A stretch of DNA of 64,000 bases from a virus. The position numbers and the translations under genes are program-made. The notes under the pieces are model-generated. The model saw only the letters and a program-made list of their open reading frames with translations. It was not told where the DNA came from and did not search any database. Of the stretch, positions 45,930-56,116 are shown in pieces. The DNA lies in IMG/VR virus record IMGVR_UViG_3300045988_071280; one strand, given 5' to 3'. Positions within the stretch are counted from its first letter, which is position 1. Each line of letters opens with the position of its first letter.

Positions 45930-48900
45930 TTATATCAATTTCTGTATTAATGAGGTCAAATCGTTTAATCTAGTATTTAAAGAATCAATTTCTTCTTTAA
46001 ATCTCTTCTTTTCCTCTTCTCTTAATCTATGTTCTTCTTTTAAGGCCTTTTGTAATACTACTGTATAACGTTCGTAAGAGAAGGTTTTTGTTCCATCTTC
46101 CATCTCATGTACTAATGTTGGGATTTTATCTTCCCAATATTGTGCTGAGGTACCGATAGAAGTAGTTTTTTCATCTTTCCAGTTATATGTAAATTCTGGA
46201 GCATTGAGGACTTTATTTAAAGTATCATCTGGTAGAGATTTAAGATTAGATTTAAATCTTATATCTGATGTAGACTGTAACCCTGCTCCGGCTGAACATA
46301 CTACGTGTTTACTGAAAGTAATTTCAGACTGGGAGTTAATTTTTGACATAATAGTAGCAGCTGTCTCAGCACTTGGAATAGAAGGCTTACCTGAGATTTC
46401 CGACCATGAATATGATGGTTTTGTAGAGGCTTTTGCCCACGCATACACATCAGATGCTGGCATAGATGAGGGGAAATCAGTAATCTGAGATTTAGTATGT
46501 GTGTGAGATGATGGAGTGAATGTTGAAGGCTTACCACCGATAGCATCCCAAGTTAATTCGTCAGCAAATGCAACACGTTTCCAAGAGTTCCAGGTAGAAA
46601 GTATACCAGTTCTAAAATAAAGGCCCTTTGTAGGTACACCCCCATTCCCATTATATCCTACAAGTTCCCAGGAAGAATAGTTCGAACTCCATCCATGTAC
46701 ATGAATACCTCCCCAATAATCAGAGGTAGGCATTATGTTATTAGTAAATATAGCTTTCAATATATTACTCCCTACATTATTCGGGTACAGTGCAGTATTT
46801 CTGGTATCCTCTATTAGTAATGAGGAATGAGTATGAAAACTAGTAGCTGCCCCAATAGCAGCAGGAGTGATATTCACAGTTTTAGCTGCATTAGGAGCAT
46901 AGGTAGTATTAGTAGATCCGTTGAATTGGATAGTCAATGATGCTATATTATATGTATCTAAAATAGTATAGTCTGTACCACTCCTTCTATGGATCAGATT
47001 ATTAGCCCCTGACTCCAATCTAGTAAATCCTTGAGCAGTTCCAATAATTACATTTCTAGATCCATATGCATTTAAATACATATCTTCTGAATTACTAGCA
47101 CTAGCTCCTATATATCCACATCTTACATCTCCTTTATAAAAGTCCATGTAAGCTTCTTTATTAGATGAGGTATTCTTTAAAGATAATACAGGACCAGGTG
47201 TTGTTCTGGTAAGAGTCCCTCCTGATAATGGAAGATATTTATCTAAATCAGATTTATAAGGTATTTCACCAATTAAAGTTCCTGAATTAGTTCTAATTTC
47301 TGGTCCATTTTTTAAACAAAATACTTTATCGTTTACTCCATCTGATAAAAAAGTACCAAGTGAGCCTGATTCAAATCCAACACCACCCTTAATACTGTTA
47401 CCAATAGAAAAAATAAGATCGACCGCAGGTGCAGAACTTGGTGAATTAATTCTTAATACAATTCTATCACTACCACTTAGTACCCCTCCACTTAAAGGTA
47501 AAAAATCAGATGTAGAAGGAATTTGAGATACTTTAGCTAATTCCTCGTCATTAATAAAAACATGACCTCCAGGGGAAATTTTTAACATACTGGTAGCTGA
47601 TGTATTATTAGGATTACTAAGAGATAGTATTCCGTTATCTCCTGATACTGTAGTTTCAAGAGTATAATTATTTCTATATATCCTTATATAATTATAGACA
47701 TCCTGAGAAGAGCTTCCTATATTCAAACTTCCTGTTAATGTGCCTCCACTCAAAGGTAAATAATTACTTAAATGGGTTGTAGTAGCTAACTCTTTCCAAG
47801 ATGTATGTGCTGTAGGATCTTCCAAAGAATTAGATCCTCCTCTCACAAACCACCTATTAGTACTATATGTACCATAAATTTGACTAGATCCATGATATGC
47901 TCCCGGAATAACAACGAGAGATCCTGCCTCTTGTATAGGATATCCTCTATCAGTAGTAGCATCACCACTTTTTATTTGAGCTGCCATCATCGGAAGATGG
48001 TTAAATGAACTATTTATGCTTATAGTATCAAGATTCCTGGAAAAATTATATCCGTCAAATACTGTATATAACGTACCTCCCCTATCATGTACTAAATTAA
48101 ACAGTCCTGATCTTATTCTAGTAGTTCCGTGTTCAGCTCCTATATGAGTGTATTGTGAATCCTCAGTACCTCCGTTACTGAATACAAGAAGAGAGTAATT
48201 AGTAGCTCTGTCAAGAATTCTGGCTATACTCAGGTCATTATAAATATCTACAGGAATATTATTAAATTTAGAACCTCCAATAATCAAATGGGCATTAGTA
48301 GTTACGTATATTCCTTCAACAGCACCAGATGTCGTATTAAACAGTATTCCTTGGTTATTAGCTAATATAGGTCTCCCATCTTCTCCTATAGTCATATAAC
48401 CTCTACCACTATAAGGATAGTATACAGTACTCAGCTTATTTATATCTGATTTAAATGCAACTTGTTCAAACCAGTTTATTTTTCCATTATTTCCTCCACC
48501 TATAATTACACTACGATTATTACTAACAGGACTTATACTAATATACGCATGAGTATCTCCTGCTGCAAATCCTATAGAAGAAGAAGTAGCGGGACCTAAA
48601 CCACTATCTCCACTATTAGATCTAAATGGGACTATCCATGAAGTAGAATCATTTACTCCCCATATAGATTCTCTGAAATTATTTAAAAATAAAGTTCCAA
48701 AACTATCAGAAAGAGTATATTTTATTCTAGTAGCTTTAGGAGTCCCTATAATATTCCCCTCTAAAGTGTAATTTAATAAAAGTTCTTCTACATTTAAGTT
48801 ACTAGTATCATAGACTATGTACTCAGCACCATTCTTATAATGTTTTATATCATTGTCTCCTATAGTATGAATCGTAGTCTGTGAATTCTGATCATTTCCA

Positions 48901-51900
48901 GAAGTAATTATTCCCGATTTAATATTTCCATTAGCATCAGTATACCCTAATCTAGTAACATAATTATTCCCGGAATTATCTATATTTAATAACGCAGTAT
49001 TACCTAAATCACCTCCTATTAAAGTTTCATAATCCCCGAAGCTTCCTAGATATAAAGAAGTACCATTAGTACTATCTCCCATAAATAAAGCCCATGCATT
49101 TTCTCCAGTATCAGTCTTATTTACTAACGCAGAAATTGGAGAAAAATATAAAGGACCAGTTAAAGCATTTATAGATCCAGCACTTAGAGGTAAATAATGA
49201 CCAACTAAAGACTCTACGGTAGCAAAGGGTTTTCCATCTTCATCACAGAAATTTCCCCACATTGGAAAATCAACATGTAGTGGAGTATATGTTGAATTAA
49301 GATTATATATAACACTTCCGTTAGATTCTACAGTCTCACTAAGTTCTAATGTATTCTGTGGAACTCCAGATACATCACTACTTGAAGTGATAATAAATCC
49401 TCCTTTTGTATAAACTAATGTCACTTTCTTATTAGGATCGTCTGGATTAACGGCTACAAGACTATCGTATCCATCTATAGAAGTAATAGTATTAGTATTA
49501 CTATCCCAAGTTAAATAGTTCTTATTTAATTTAGAATAATCCGCAAATAGTATTTGAGAACGATCTGAGGTTCTAAATCCTGTAGGAATTATTATATTAG
49601 AGCTAAATGCTAATTCCGGAGATGATGTATTAATTATAGCACGTTCAGGAGATGGGATAAGTGTTATAGTATCATCATCCATAGTAAATACAAAACCGAC
49701 ACCTTGATTGGAAATTCTAACCCCTTCCCTTTGGAATCCTATATAATACTGTGAGTTACCTATAATAATAGGATTGCCAAAGGTAAAAGCTTTGTGAGTA
49801 TCAGTATATATAAGTAATTCAGAATTTTCATCAGGTGTCAGATTATCAGAAGATATAATAAAGCTAAAGTATGTCTGTATATCTTGCTCAGTTGTATAAT
49901 TTTTTATTCCGACAATACCTAAATCACCACCACTGTTTATTATTCTAATAAAATTAGTGTCGCCTTCTAACTCAGCAAAATTTAAACTACCCCTATCAGC
50001 ATAAATCATATTAGAAGAATAAATCAATTTCTTATCAGGATTATACTGCAAGAATTTCCTATCTTCTATATTTGTATCTAAATAAGCTGATTCATATCCA
50101 TCATCTCTTTTAAAAGCTGGAGCCCAAATCTCTTTATCAAATACATATTTAGTAGCAGAAGGGCTTGATTTAAATAAAATATCATCTAAAACCCTCAAAC
50201 TTAAATATTTATCATTAGTATCTCCATATTGTAGATATAAATCATTATCAACTCTTTTAAATATAAGATCGGTATCTTTCTCAGATAAATTCTGTAATGC
50301 AAATCTTAATGCTAATTGAATTGGAACCGTGCTCGTAGTTTGTGCTCTTTTAAATGTAGAATTCCAGGTTAAGAAAGCACCATCTACCATATCAGGTTCA
50401 TTGTCCCGAAGCATTAAAGGGAATTGATTTCCCTCAGTTCCGCATTTAAACCTATCATCGGATTCATCAAAAATAATAAAATAATTTGGAAGTTTTCCTC
50501 TATCAATCTCCAATCCAGAGATTCCTTTAGTAACGCCTTCACCTTGTTCCCCACTATTTAAAGTAAGGATGTTATCAGTTACTTTTACTTCTTCCGTATC
50601 TATAATAAAAGCATCTCCACCAAATACTATATCTTCTTTAATAGTTAAATTCCTAACTATTAAATCCCCATATTCTGTATCATCCTCATTTCTAACACTA
50701 AATCCTTCTTTTTCATTCTTTAATATCTGATCTCCTATTTTCCATGTTTTGGAAGGAGTACCTTCGTATGTAAGAGGATTACCATTAATATCTTTTAACC
50801 CTTGTATTATATTGAAATCAGTTGAGGTAATAGATCCTGCAATAGTTGATGTAGCCATTGGGAGAGAATAATACTTATCCTCGTAACTATTTAAAAAAGG
50901 ATTATATGATTGGTAATGTATAATTGCTTGTGTTGCGGATGTAGTTTCAGTATCAGTTAATTCTGTTAAATATTTAACTATATTATCTAATTTCCCTTTA
51001 TCGGATGATGACATTACTCCAGCCTTTTCTGGAGTTGCGGATTTAAATACTATCTGTACCAGTTCTTCTGTTCCTGTTTGAGGATTATTGGATGTTAGAT
51101 TTAATACAACAGAATTAGAATTATATGTATTATCAGATATAGCTTGAATAATAGAAGAGATATTTCCTAATTTATTCTTCTCCATTGCTGTAATTAATCC
51201 AGCAGTTGATGAAGTGGCAGCATCTAATACTAAATATTTAGATGTTAATTGTTTAGATATAGGATCGTATATAGGAAATATTATCTGTAATTCTTGTCCT
51301 GTATATTCTTTAGTAGTATCTCCAGTATAATAACTTTTTAAAGAGTCTATGTAATCCTTATACTTAGGAGACATTAGTCCTGATATAGCCGAAGAAGTAT
51401 CTGGAAAACTAAGTATCTTAGAACTAGATTGTCCAATTGTAGGATCTTTAGTAGTTACTTTAATAGAAGCTCTATTGTTACTATCTAAATATTCTACATC
51501 CTCAACATAATTATAAATCTGATTTATTTTAAATATTTGAGATGTATCTAATAAATCCTTTCCAGGAGCTACATCTACTTTTGATTCTAATAACTTCTGT
51601 ACTTCTTCTTTTGTATATATCTCATTATTAACAGTATTTAATAATCTAGAGAGATTTAAACAAGCCTCTTTAGACATTAAACCATTCTGATTTATATTCG
51701 CTTCTCGAATTGGTAAAGATTCAGTTCCATCACTACTAACTATATCTAATACTAAAGTATCAGCTCCGGAAAAAGATATCTCTTTTACATATTTAGTAAT
51801 TGAATCTAATTTAGTCTTATCTTCTTTACTAAATAATCCAGGAGTAGTTTGTGTAGCAACTGGAAGTGTAACACCATCTCCGGAAGAATTTAATATCTGA

Positions 51901-52364
51901 ATATTATCAGAATTTATTCTCATACTTAAATGGATAGTAGAAATATCTACCAAAGCTCCATCATTATATCTATATTCTGTAGAGTCTTTTTTATTAAAAA
52001 ACTCATATCCATCTTTTAATTGTACTCTATCCCAATATTTAAGAGTATCCCTCCAAGTACAGTGATAATATTTATCCTCTACTCTTAGTATATAAGATAT
52101 CCCATTCTTCGCGTTACCTGGGATATTATCTACTATATCCTCTACTGGACTTAAATGAGTAGGTTCTGTTACATCATTTAATTGAAGAATGTCTGTAGAT
52201 ATAATAACATCCGGAGATTGTTTAATAACAAGTTTTTTGGTAATAGGATTAAATTCTATTTCCTTAATTCTAAAATCCTCTACCCTTTTATCAAAACAAG
52301 ATTCAGGCGTTATATTATATACTTTACTTTCACATCCACTGGAATTTTGTGCTTTGGTAATCAT
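45930..52364 (-). CDS. giant tail fibre with repeat arrays and C-terminal S74-like intramolecular chaperone, 2144 aa
   Basis: The N-terminal third has about 6 repeats of the type xAGLMSxxDKxKLDxI. Motifs of the type YLPLSGGTLTG recur at least 4 times. The C-terminus has STSDIRFKSNLKSL...FTYNW...IGTSAQ...FSYERYT plus a coiled coil. Confidence 0.8.
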   Translation of the reverse strand: MITKAQNSSGCESKVYNITPESCFDKRVEDFRIKEIEFNPITKKLVIKQSPDVIISTDILQLNDVTEPTHLSPVEDIVDNIPGNAKNGISYILRVEDKYYHCTWRDTLKYWDRVQLKDGYEFFNKKDSTEYRYNDGALVDISTIHLSMRINSDNIQILNSSGDGVTLPVATQTTPGLFSKEDKTKLDSITKYVKEISFSGADTLVLDIVSSDGTESLPIREANINQNGLMSKEACLNLSRLLNTVNNEIYTKEEVQKLLESKVDVAPGKDLLDTSQIFKINQIYNYVEDVEYLDSNNRASIKVTTKDPTIGQSSSKILSFPDTSSAISGLMSPKYKDYIDSLKSYYTGDTTKEYTGQELQIIFPIYDPISKQLTSKYLVLDAATSSTAGLITAMEKNKLGNISSIIQAISDNTYNSNSVVLNLTSNNPQTGTEELVQIVFKSATPEKAGVMSSSDKGKLDNIVKYLTELTDTETTSATQAIIHYQSYNPFLNSYEDKYYSLPMATSTIAGSITSTDFNIIQGLKDINGNPLTYEGTPSKTWKIGDQILKNEKEGFSVRNEDDTEYGDLIVRNLTIKEDIVFGGDAFIIDTEEVKVTDNILTLNSGEQGEGVTKGISGLEIDRGKLPNYFIIFDESDDRFKCGTEGNQFPLMLRDNEPDMVDGAFLTWNSTFKRAQTTSTVPIQLALRFALQNLSEKDTDLIFKRVDNDLYLQYGDTNDKYLSLRVLDDILFKSSPSATKYVFDKEIWAPAFKRDDGYESAYLDTNIEDRKFLQYNPDKKLIYSSNMIYADRGSLNFAELEGDTNFIRIINSGGDLGIVGIKNYTTEQDIQTYFSFIISSDNLTPDENSELLIYTDTHKAFTFGNPIIIGNSQYYIGFQREGVRISNQGVGFVFTMDDDTITLIPSPERAIINTSSPELAFSSNIIIPTGFRTSDRSQILFADYSKLNKNYLTWDSNTNTITSIDGYDSLVAVNPDDPNKKVTLVYTKGGFIITSSSDVSGVPQNTLELSETVESNGSVIYNLNSTYTPLHVDFPMWGNFCDEDGKPFATVESLVGHYLPLSAGSINALTGPLYFSPISALVNKTDTGENAWALFMGDSTNGTSLYLGSFGDYETLIGGDLGNTALLNIDNSGNNYVTRLGYTDANGNIKSGIITSGNDQNSQTTIHTIGDNDIKHYKNGAEYIVYDTSNLNVEELLLNYTLEGNIIGTPKATRIKYTLSDSFGTLFLNNFRESIWGVNDSTSWIVPFRSNSGDSGLGPATSSSIGFAAGDTHAYISISPVSNNRSVIIGGGNNGKINWFEQVAFKSDINKLSTVYYPYSGRGYMTIGEDGRPILANNQGILFNTTSGAVEGIYVTTNAHLIIGGSKFNNIPVDIYNDLSIARILDRATNYSLLVFSNGGTEDSQYTHIGAEHGTTRIRSGLFNLVHDRGGTLYTVFDGYNFSRNLDTISINSSFNHLPMMAAQIKSGDATTDRGYPIQEAGSLVVIPGAYHGSSQIYGTYSTNRWFVRGGSNSLEDPTAHTSWKELATTTHLSNYLPLSGGTLTGSLNIGSSSQDVYNYIRIYRNNYTLETTVSGDNGILSLSNPNNTSATSMLKISPGGHVFINDEELAKVSQIPSTSDFLPLSGGVLSGSDRIVLRINSPSSAPAVDLIFSIGNSIKGGVGFESGSLGTFLSDGVNDKVFCLKNGPEIRTNSGTLIGEIPYKSDLDKYLPLSGGTLTRTTPGPVLSLKNTSSNKEAYMDFYKGDVRCGYIGASASNSEDMYLNAYGSRNVIIGTAQGFTRLESGANNLIHRRSGTDYTILDTYNIASLTIQFNGSTNTTYAPNAAKTVNITPAAIGAATSFHTHSSLLIEDTRNTALYPNNVGSNILKAIFTNNIMPTSDYWGGIHVHGWSSNYSSWELVGYNGNGGVPTKGLYFRTGILSTWNSWKRVAFADELTWDAIGGKPSTFTPSSHTHTKSQITDFPSSMPASDVYAWAKASTKPSYSWSEISGKPSIPSAETAATIMSKINSQSEITFSKHVVCSAGAGLQSTSDIRFKSNLKSLPDDTLNKVLNAPEFTYNWKDEKTTSIGTSAQYWEDKIPTLVHEMEDGTKTFSYERYTVVLQKALKEEHRLREEEKKRFKEEIDSLNTRLNDLTSLIQKLI

Positions 52365-52551
52365 TATTTAAAAAATATTCAATGATAGAATTAAATAGTG
52401 AATCTTTTACGCAATCTATTTCATTATATTTAAGGAATAAAACTTCTTCAACTATAAAACTTTCATCTATATAATTACCATACTGATATTCTTCTATTAA
52501 GGAGTGATAGTCCTTAATTGCTTTTTCTAGTAATTGGTCTATTTTATTCAT
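52330..52551 (-). CDS. hypothetical small protein, 73 aa
   Basis: ORF that overlaps the fibre start by 35 nt. No motif recognised. Confidence 0.35.
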   Translation of the reverse strand: MNKIDQLLEKAIKDYHSLIEEYQYGNYIDESFIVEEVLFLKYNEIDCVKDSLFNSIIEYFLNNDYQSTKFQWM

Positions 52552-52592
52552 ATATTATATATTAAATTTATTATTCTATTTAATTCTAAATT

Positions 52593-53171
52593 TTATTTCC
52601 ACTCTTCTGGAATATCTAATATACCAGAACAATCTTTAAAACAATCAGTAAAAAATTTAGCATCTGGACAGTATGTAAATAAATCCTCTGGTATAAAAGA
52701 TAGTTTCCTACATCGTTCAAAACAACTCTCAAAACTAGTAGCTTTTGTACAATTATATAAAAGTCTATTAGGAATAAAATTTAGAGAATGGCATCCAAAG
52801 AAGCAATAAGAAAAGATTCTAACATTATAACAATTTCTAAATAAATCTTCTGGTATAGATTGTAGATTTTCACATTCGTAAAAGCAATATTCAAAAGAAT
52901 TTAATTCGTTATTAATCTTTACTGCTATTTTATGTTCCCCTACATCTTTAAAAGTAGTATATACTTTCTCTGTTTGATTATGTAACAAATCTTTTCCTTT
53001 AGAATCTGTTATATATTTAAAATACCAACCTCTACTAGTCAATAATACTTTCTGATTTGGACGTTCTGTTATATAAATTAAAATAGTAGCATCTTCCGGA
53101 ATAGAAGTATAAGAATCTTCGCATTTACAACTTTGTGATCCTAATATAGTAACTACCTCTGATTTCTTCAT
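52593..53171 (-). CDS. BspA-type leucine-rich-repeat (LRR_5-like) protein, 192 aa
   Basis: The C-terminal half contains about 4 repeats of ~24 aa: F.YCF..C..L..IP..LF..C (FEYCFYECENLQSIPEDLF, FSYCFFGCHSLNFIPNRLL, FESCFERCRKLSFIPEDLF, FTDCFKDCSGILDIPEEW). Confidence 0.6.
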   Translation of the reverse strand: MKKSEVVTILGSQSCKCEDSYTSIPEDATILIYITERPNQKVLLTSRGWYFKYITDSKGKDLLHNQTEKVYTTFKDVGEHKIAVKINNELNSFEYCFYECENLQSIPEDLFRNCYNVRIFSYCFFGCHSLNFIPNRLLYNCTKATSFESCFERCRKLSFIPEDLFTYCPDAKFFTDCFKDCSGILDIPEEWK

Positions 53172-53971
53172 TACTTTCTACAATTACAAGAACTAAATCC
53201 AGTAGAGTATTTAAGGTAATCATTATTACAAAATCCTCCACAAACCTGAATCTCTTCTATAATTCTCTCGGCTTCATAATAACTACATTTATCTATTAAT
53301 CTATGGATTAATTCTAAAGCTATAAATACCATATTCCTATCTCTAAATACTTGAGAAATATTATTATCATTTTTTATATTACATCTAGTATATAATTTAT
53401 TATAATAGATATATTTTAATTTATTCTCGTAACAATATTCTAAATTCCCTAAAAGAAATGTCTCTTCCTCAATCCCTATTATATTAGAATTAGACTGATT
53501 ATTATATAAATCCATTATAGATATCTTCTTTTCAGTATAACTTCCGGATATAATAGTTATTTCATAAATCTCTACTTCTCCATTTGAAAGTTCTTTCGCG
53601 GAATAGAATATTTCTCCTTCCATATTTAAACTAGATGGAGATACTCCATGAACCCATTCGTAATTAGGTAACGCTAAATGATCTATTATATGCCATCCGT
53701 CTATTTTAGTAGAATAGTTTAATTTATAATCAGTATATTCCTGATCTGAATGACATACATAATAAAAATCTGATACTTTAGGATCATCTATAGTATTTAG
53801 AGTAATTAAATCAATAAATACAATATCTTTTGTTCTTAAATAATTAGCGGATATCTGAGATACTTCTGGATAGATACTACTAGTACTTATACCAGTAGTA
53901 TCCTTTAATGTAAATCCAGATATTCCGTATTCAGTTAATGAAATACTTAAATTTAATGAAATATTTTTCAT
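53171..53971 (-). CDS. hypothetical structural-module protein, 266 aa
   Basis: ORF whose start overlaps the portal stop by 4 nt and whose stop overlaps the next start by 1 nt. Confidence 0.45.
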   Translation of the reverse strand: MKNISLNLSISLTEYGISGFTLKDTTGISTSSIYPEVSQISANYLRTKDIVFIDLITLNTIDDPKVSDFYYVCHSDQEYTDYKLNYSTKIDGWHIIDHLALPNYEWVHGVSPSSLNMEGEIFYSAKELSNGEVEIYEITIISGSYTEKKISIMDLYNNQSNSNIIGIEEETFLLGNLEYCYENKLKYIYYNKLYTRCNIKNDNNISQVFRDRNMVFIALELIHRLIDKCSYYEAERIIEEIQVCGGFCNNDYLKYSTGFSSCNCRK

Positions 53972-54999
53972 TTTCCAAAATTTACTTCGTTATTTCTAGG
54001 ATTATTATCAAATAATTGTGCCCATTCAATATTAGCTTTCTTTTCTTCGATCTTATTCCTCTCTTTATCATTCTCATCTTTAGATTTAGCAGTAAACCAT
54101 TTAATAGAGGAATCTTGTTCTTTTTGTTTTAGATTTTCTACTTCTTTAATAGATTTTTGCAATTCCTCTTGAAGTTGCTGTATCTGTTGTTGAGCTTCTT
54201 TAAGAGCTTGATCATATTGCTGTATTTGTTGTTGAGCTTGTTGTATTTGATTATTCTCCTCTTTTTGACGTTTAATTGCATCTAATGTTATTTGTTTATA
54301 TTCTGTGATACTCTTACATCCAATAGCTTGTACTAATACATCAGCTGTTAATTGTCCTGATTTAATTAACTCAAGATTATATGCTTTTATAGTTTCTAAG
54401 TCTTGTAGAGCGGATTGAGTATCAGCAATATTTATATCAAAGTCTGTTACTGTATAATGTTCTGGAAGTGCTGTGAAAATAGCTTTTTGTTTCTCTCCAA
54501 GAATTATAGTTCCTTGAAATCCATCTTTATATACTACTTTAGCTATATTTAAACTATCTAAGAATAATTCTCTTAAAGCTAATGCCATGTTAGAGAAGTA
54601 TATTTTTGTGACAATTAGTGATTGATTAATTCCGGTTCTAACATTAGTAACAGCATCTCTGGTTTCAACTCCTCCAATAGCTTCTCTAAATGCTCCTGTT
54701 ATATTAGATGCAAGTTGCTCTATTTTTTCTATAGCTAGATCTAGAGCTTGCATGGATTGGTAGGATAAACTCATATCATATGTATTAAATACAGCATTTG
54801 GCATAGATTGTCCAGCCTCACTTTGGGAAGTATCTAATGCTGCGAATCCTTGTTTTACATACGCCATGAATTTAAGTAATCTGTTTGTTTCATCTTCCTC
54901 GTCTAAGAATGTGGGGATTTTAGAGAAATCTACTGCAATACCTTTTGTTCCACTTACTGCAATGGCATTATTTCGAAGGAAAAATAGTATATTATACAT
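53968..54999 (-). CDS. portal protein (putative), exon 2 of 2
   Basis: Corresponds to track ORF 53968-55002. An in-frame TAA lies directly upstream of the ATG ATG, so this cannot be a plain continuation of exon 1. The exon starts after the omega-G at 55000 (or at 54997). The C-terminus is a Q-rich coiled coil. Confidence 0.65.
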   Translation of the reverse strand: MYNILFFLRNNAIAVSGTKGIAVDFSKIPTFLDEEDETNRLLKFMAYVKQGFAALDTSQSEAGQSMPNAVFNTYDMSLSYQSMQALDLAIEKIEQLASNITGAFREAIGGVETRDAVTNVRTGINQSLIVTKIYFSNMALALRELFLDSLNIAKVVYKDGFQGTIILGEKQKAIFTALPEHYTVTDFDINIADTQSALQDLETIKAYNLELIKSGQLTADVLVQAIGCKSITEYKQITLDAIKRQKEENNQIQQAQQQIQQYDQALKEAQQQIQQLQEELQKSIKEVENLKQKEQDSSIKWFTAKSKDENDKERNKIEEKKANIEWAQLFDNNPRNNEVNFGK

Positions 55000-56116
55000 C
55001 ATTTATGTTCAATGTGGTTCGTTACTCCACATCCGGGAATTTACCCAGCTATATGTTTCCATATAGATCAGACTATATCATACATAATTGATCTAGTATA
55101 AGGTCTAAAAGATTTTTAGAAAAACATTCAGTTGATGTTTCATGTTCCCAATGTTTAGGCAAATATAAATTATTTTTAATTAGTCTTTTTAATTTAGTTT
55201 CTAATGTTTTACAATCTATAGGATTTTCAAAAGAAATAGTTTTAATTACTTCTATTTCATAGCCAAGATTTTTATACTCTTTAAATCTTCTAATTTGTCC
55301 GTTTTCTAAAGTATAAGATATTCCCAATTTATAAAAACTTTCTTCTTCATTATATAATCGTATAAGATAAAATGTATCACTACATTTCCAGTTTTTACAT
55401 TTTGGACATCCCCTACCCATAAATATATAATCATTATCTATAGATACTTCTCCATGTTCTGGACATATTAAAATAGATTTACCTCCGTGTCTACTAGTTT
55501 CAGTAATTTTAAAATCATACTTGTCTCCATAAATAAATTTAAGTTGATTGTAAAAATACTGTTTTCTATCAACCGCTGCCTCAATCGTAGGCATAAATCC
55601 TTTAGATATCAAATTTCCAGGAGTTACAGAAACTAAGCCAAATTGTGTTTCAAACAGCATTTTTGAGTTCATTCCACTATATTCAGATGCAGGCTTTATA
55701 TTATTATATATATGCTCTTGTTTTTCTTTCAATAGATTCATGAAATATTCAGTTTTGTTTATGGCTGCCTTTATTCCAGGAGTATAAAGTAAAACTTGTT
55801 TTGCTGTATTAAACGACATTACTCCATATTTGTCCTTTACTAAAATTGGTTTAGAAAGTCCTTTAAACCTACTTACCACTTCGATATCTTTATTATATAA
55901 AGACTCTACTTCCTTTTTAAATTGTTCTTCTGTGTACTTCATTCTTTTTCAAATTACTTATTAAATTATGTTTCCGTGCTTCGAACTCACTTGAGTCCTA
56001 TAATTAGTCGTTGAACCTTCCTTTAAAATATTTAAAGGCTTGGCTGCTGATTAGCATAGATAAATTATCTTTAGCTTCCCAGCAATTCTCGGAATTTACC
56101 CAGGACCTGTATATTA
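55000..56116 (-). mobile_element. group I intron (P/Q/R/S family) carrying a T5orf172/GIY-YIG-like endonuclease gene, ~1117 nt
   Basis: Core elements: P 56079-56087, Q 56043-56052, R 56005-56016, S 55071-55079. P1 pairs exon CAGGAU with GUCCUG and has a terminal U.G. The ORF stop TAA at 56116-56114 is the first intron triplet. Confidence 0.8.
55073..55942 (-). CDS. intron-encoded putative homing endonuclease, T5orf172 (GIY-YIG superfamily)-like C-terminal domain plus zinc knuckle, 289 aa
   Basis: The segment CPEHG...CPKC is followed by FYLIRLYNEEESFYKLGIS...R...E...TECF, which resembles the T5orf172 pattern. The ORF lies between R and S of the intron. The N-terminal half contains two related ~50-aa repeats. 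Confidence 0.55.
   Translation of the reverse strand: MKYTEEQFKKEVESLYNKDIEVVSRFKGLSKPILVKDKYGVMSFNTAKQVLLYTPGIKAAINKTEYFMNLLKEKQEHIYNNIKPASEYSGMNSKMLFETQFGLVSVTPGNLISKGFMPTIEAAVDRKQYFYNQLKFIYGDKYDFKITETSRHGGKSILICPEHGEVSIDNDYIFMGRGCPKCKNWKCSDTFYLIRLYNEEESFYKLGISYTLENGQIRRFKEYKNLGYEIEVIKTISFENPIDCKTLETKLKRLIKNNLYLPKHWEHETSTECFSKNLLDLILDQLCMI

Noticed and set aside
46301-46546. An 81-aa minus-strand ORF in an alternative frame inside the 2144-aa fibre gene.
   Set aside because: It is fully nested in a much longer ORF with recognisable fibre motifs. Its sequence is His/Leu/Gln-rich and unlike a real protein.
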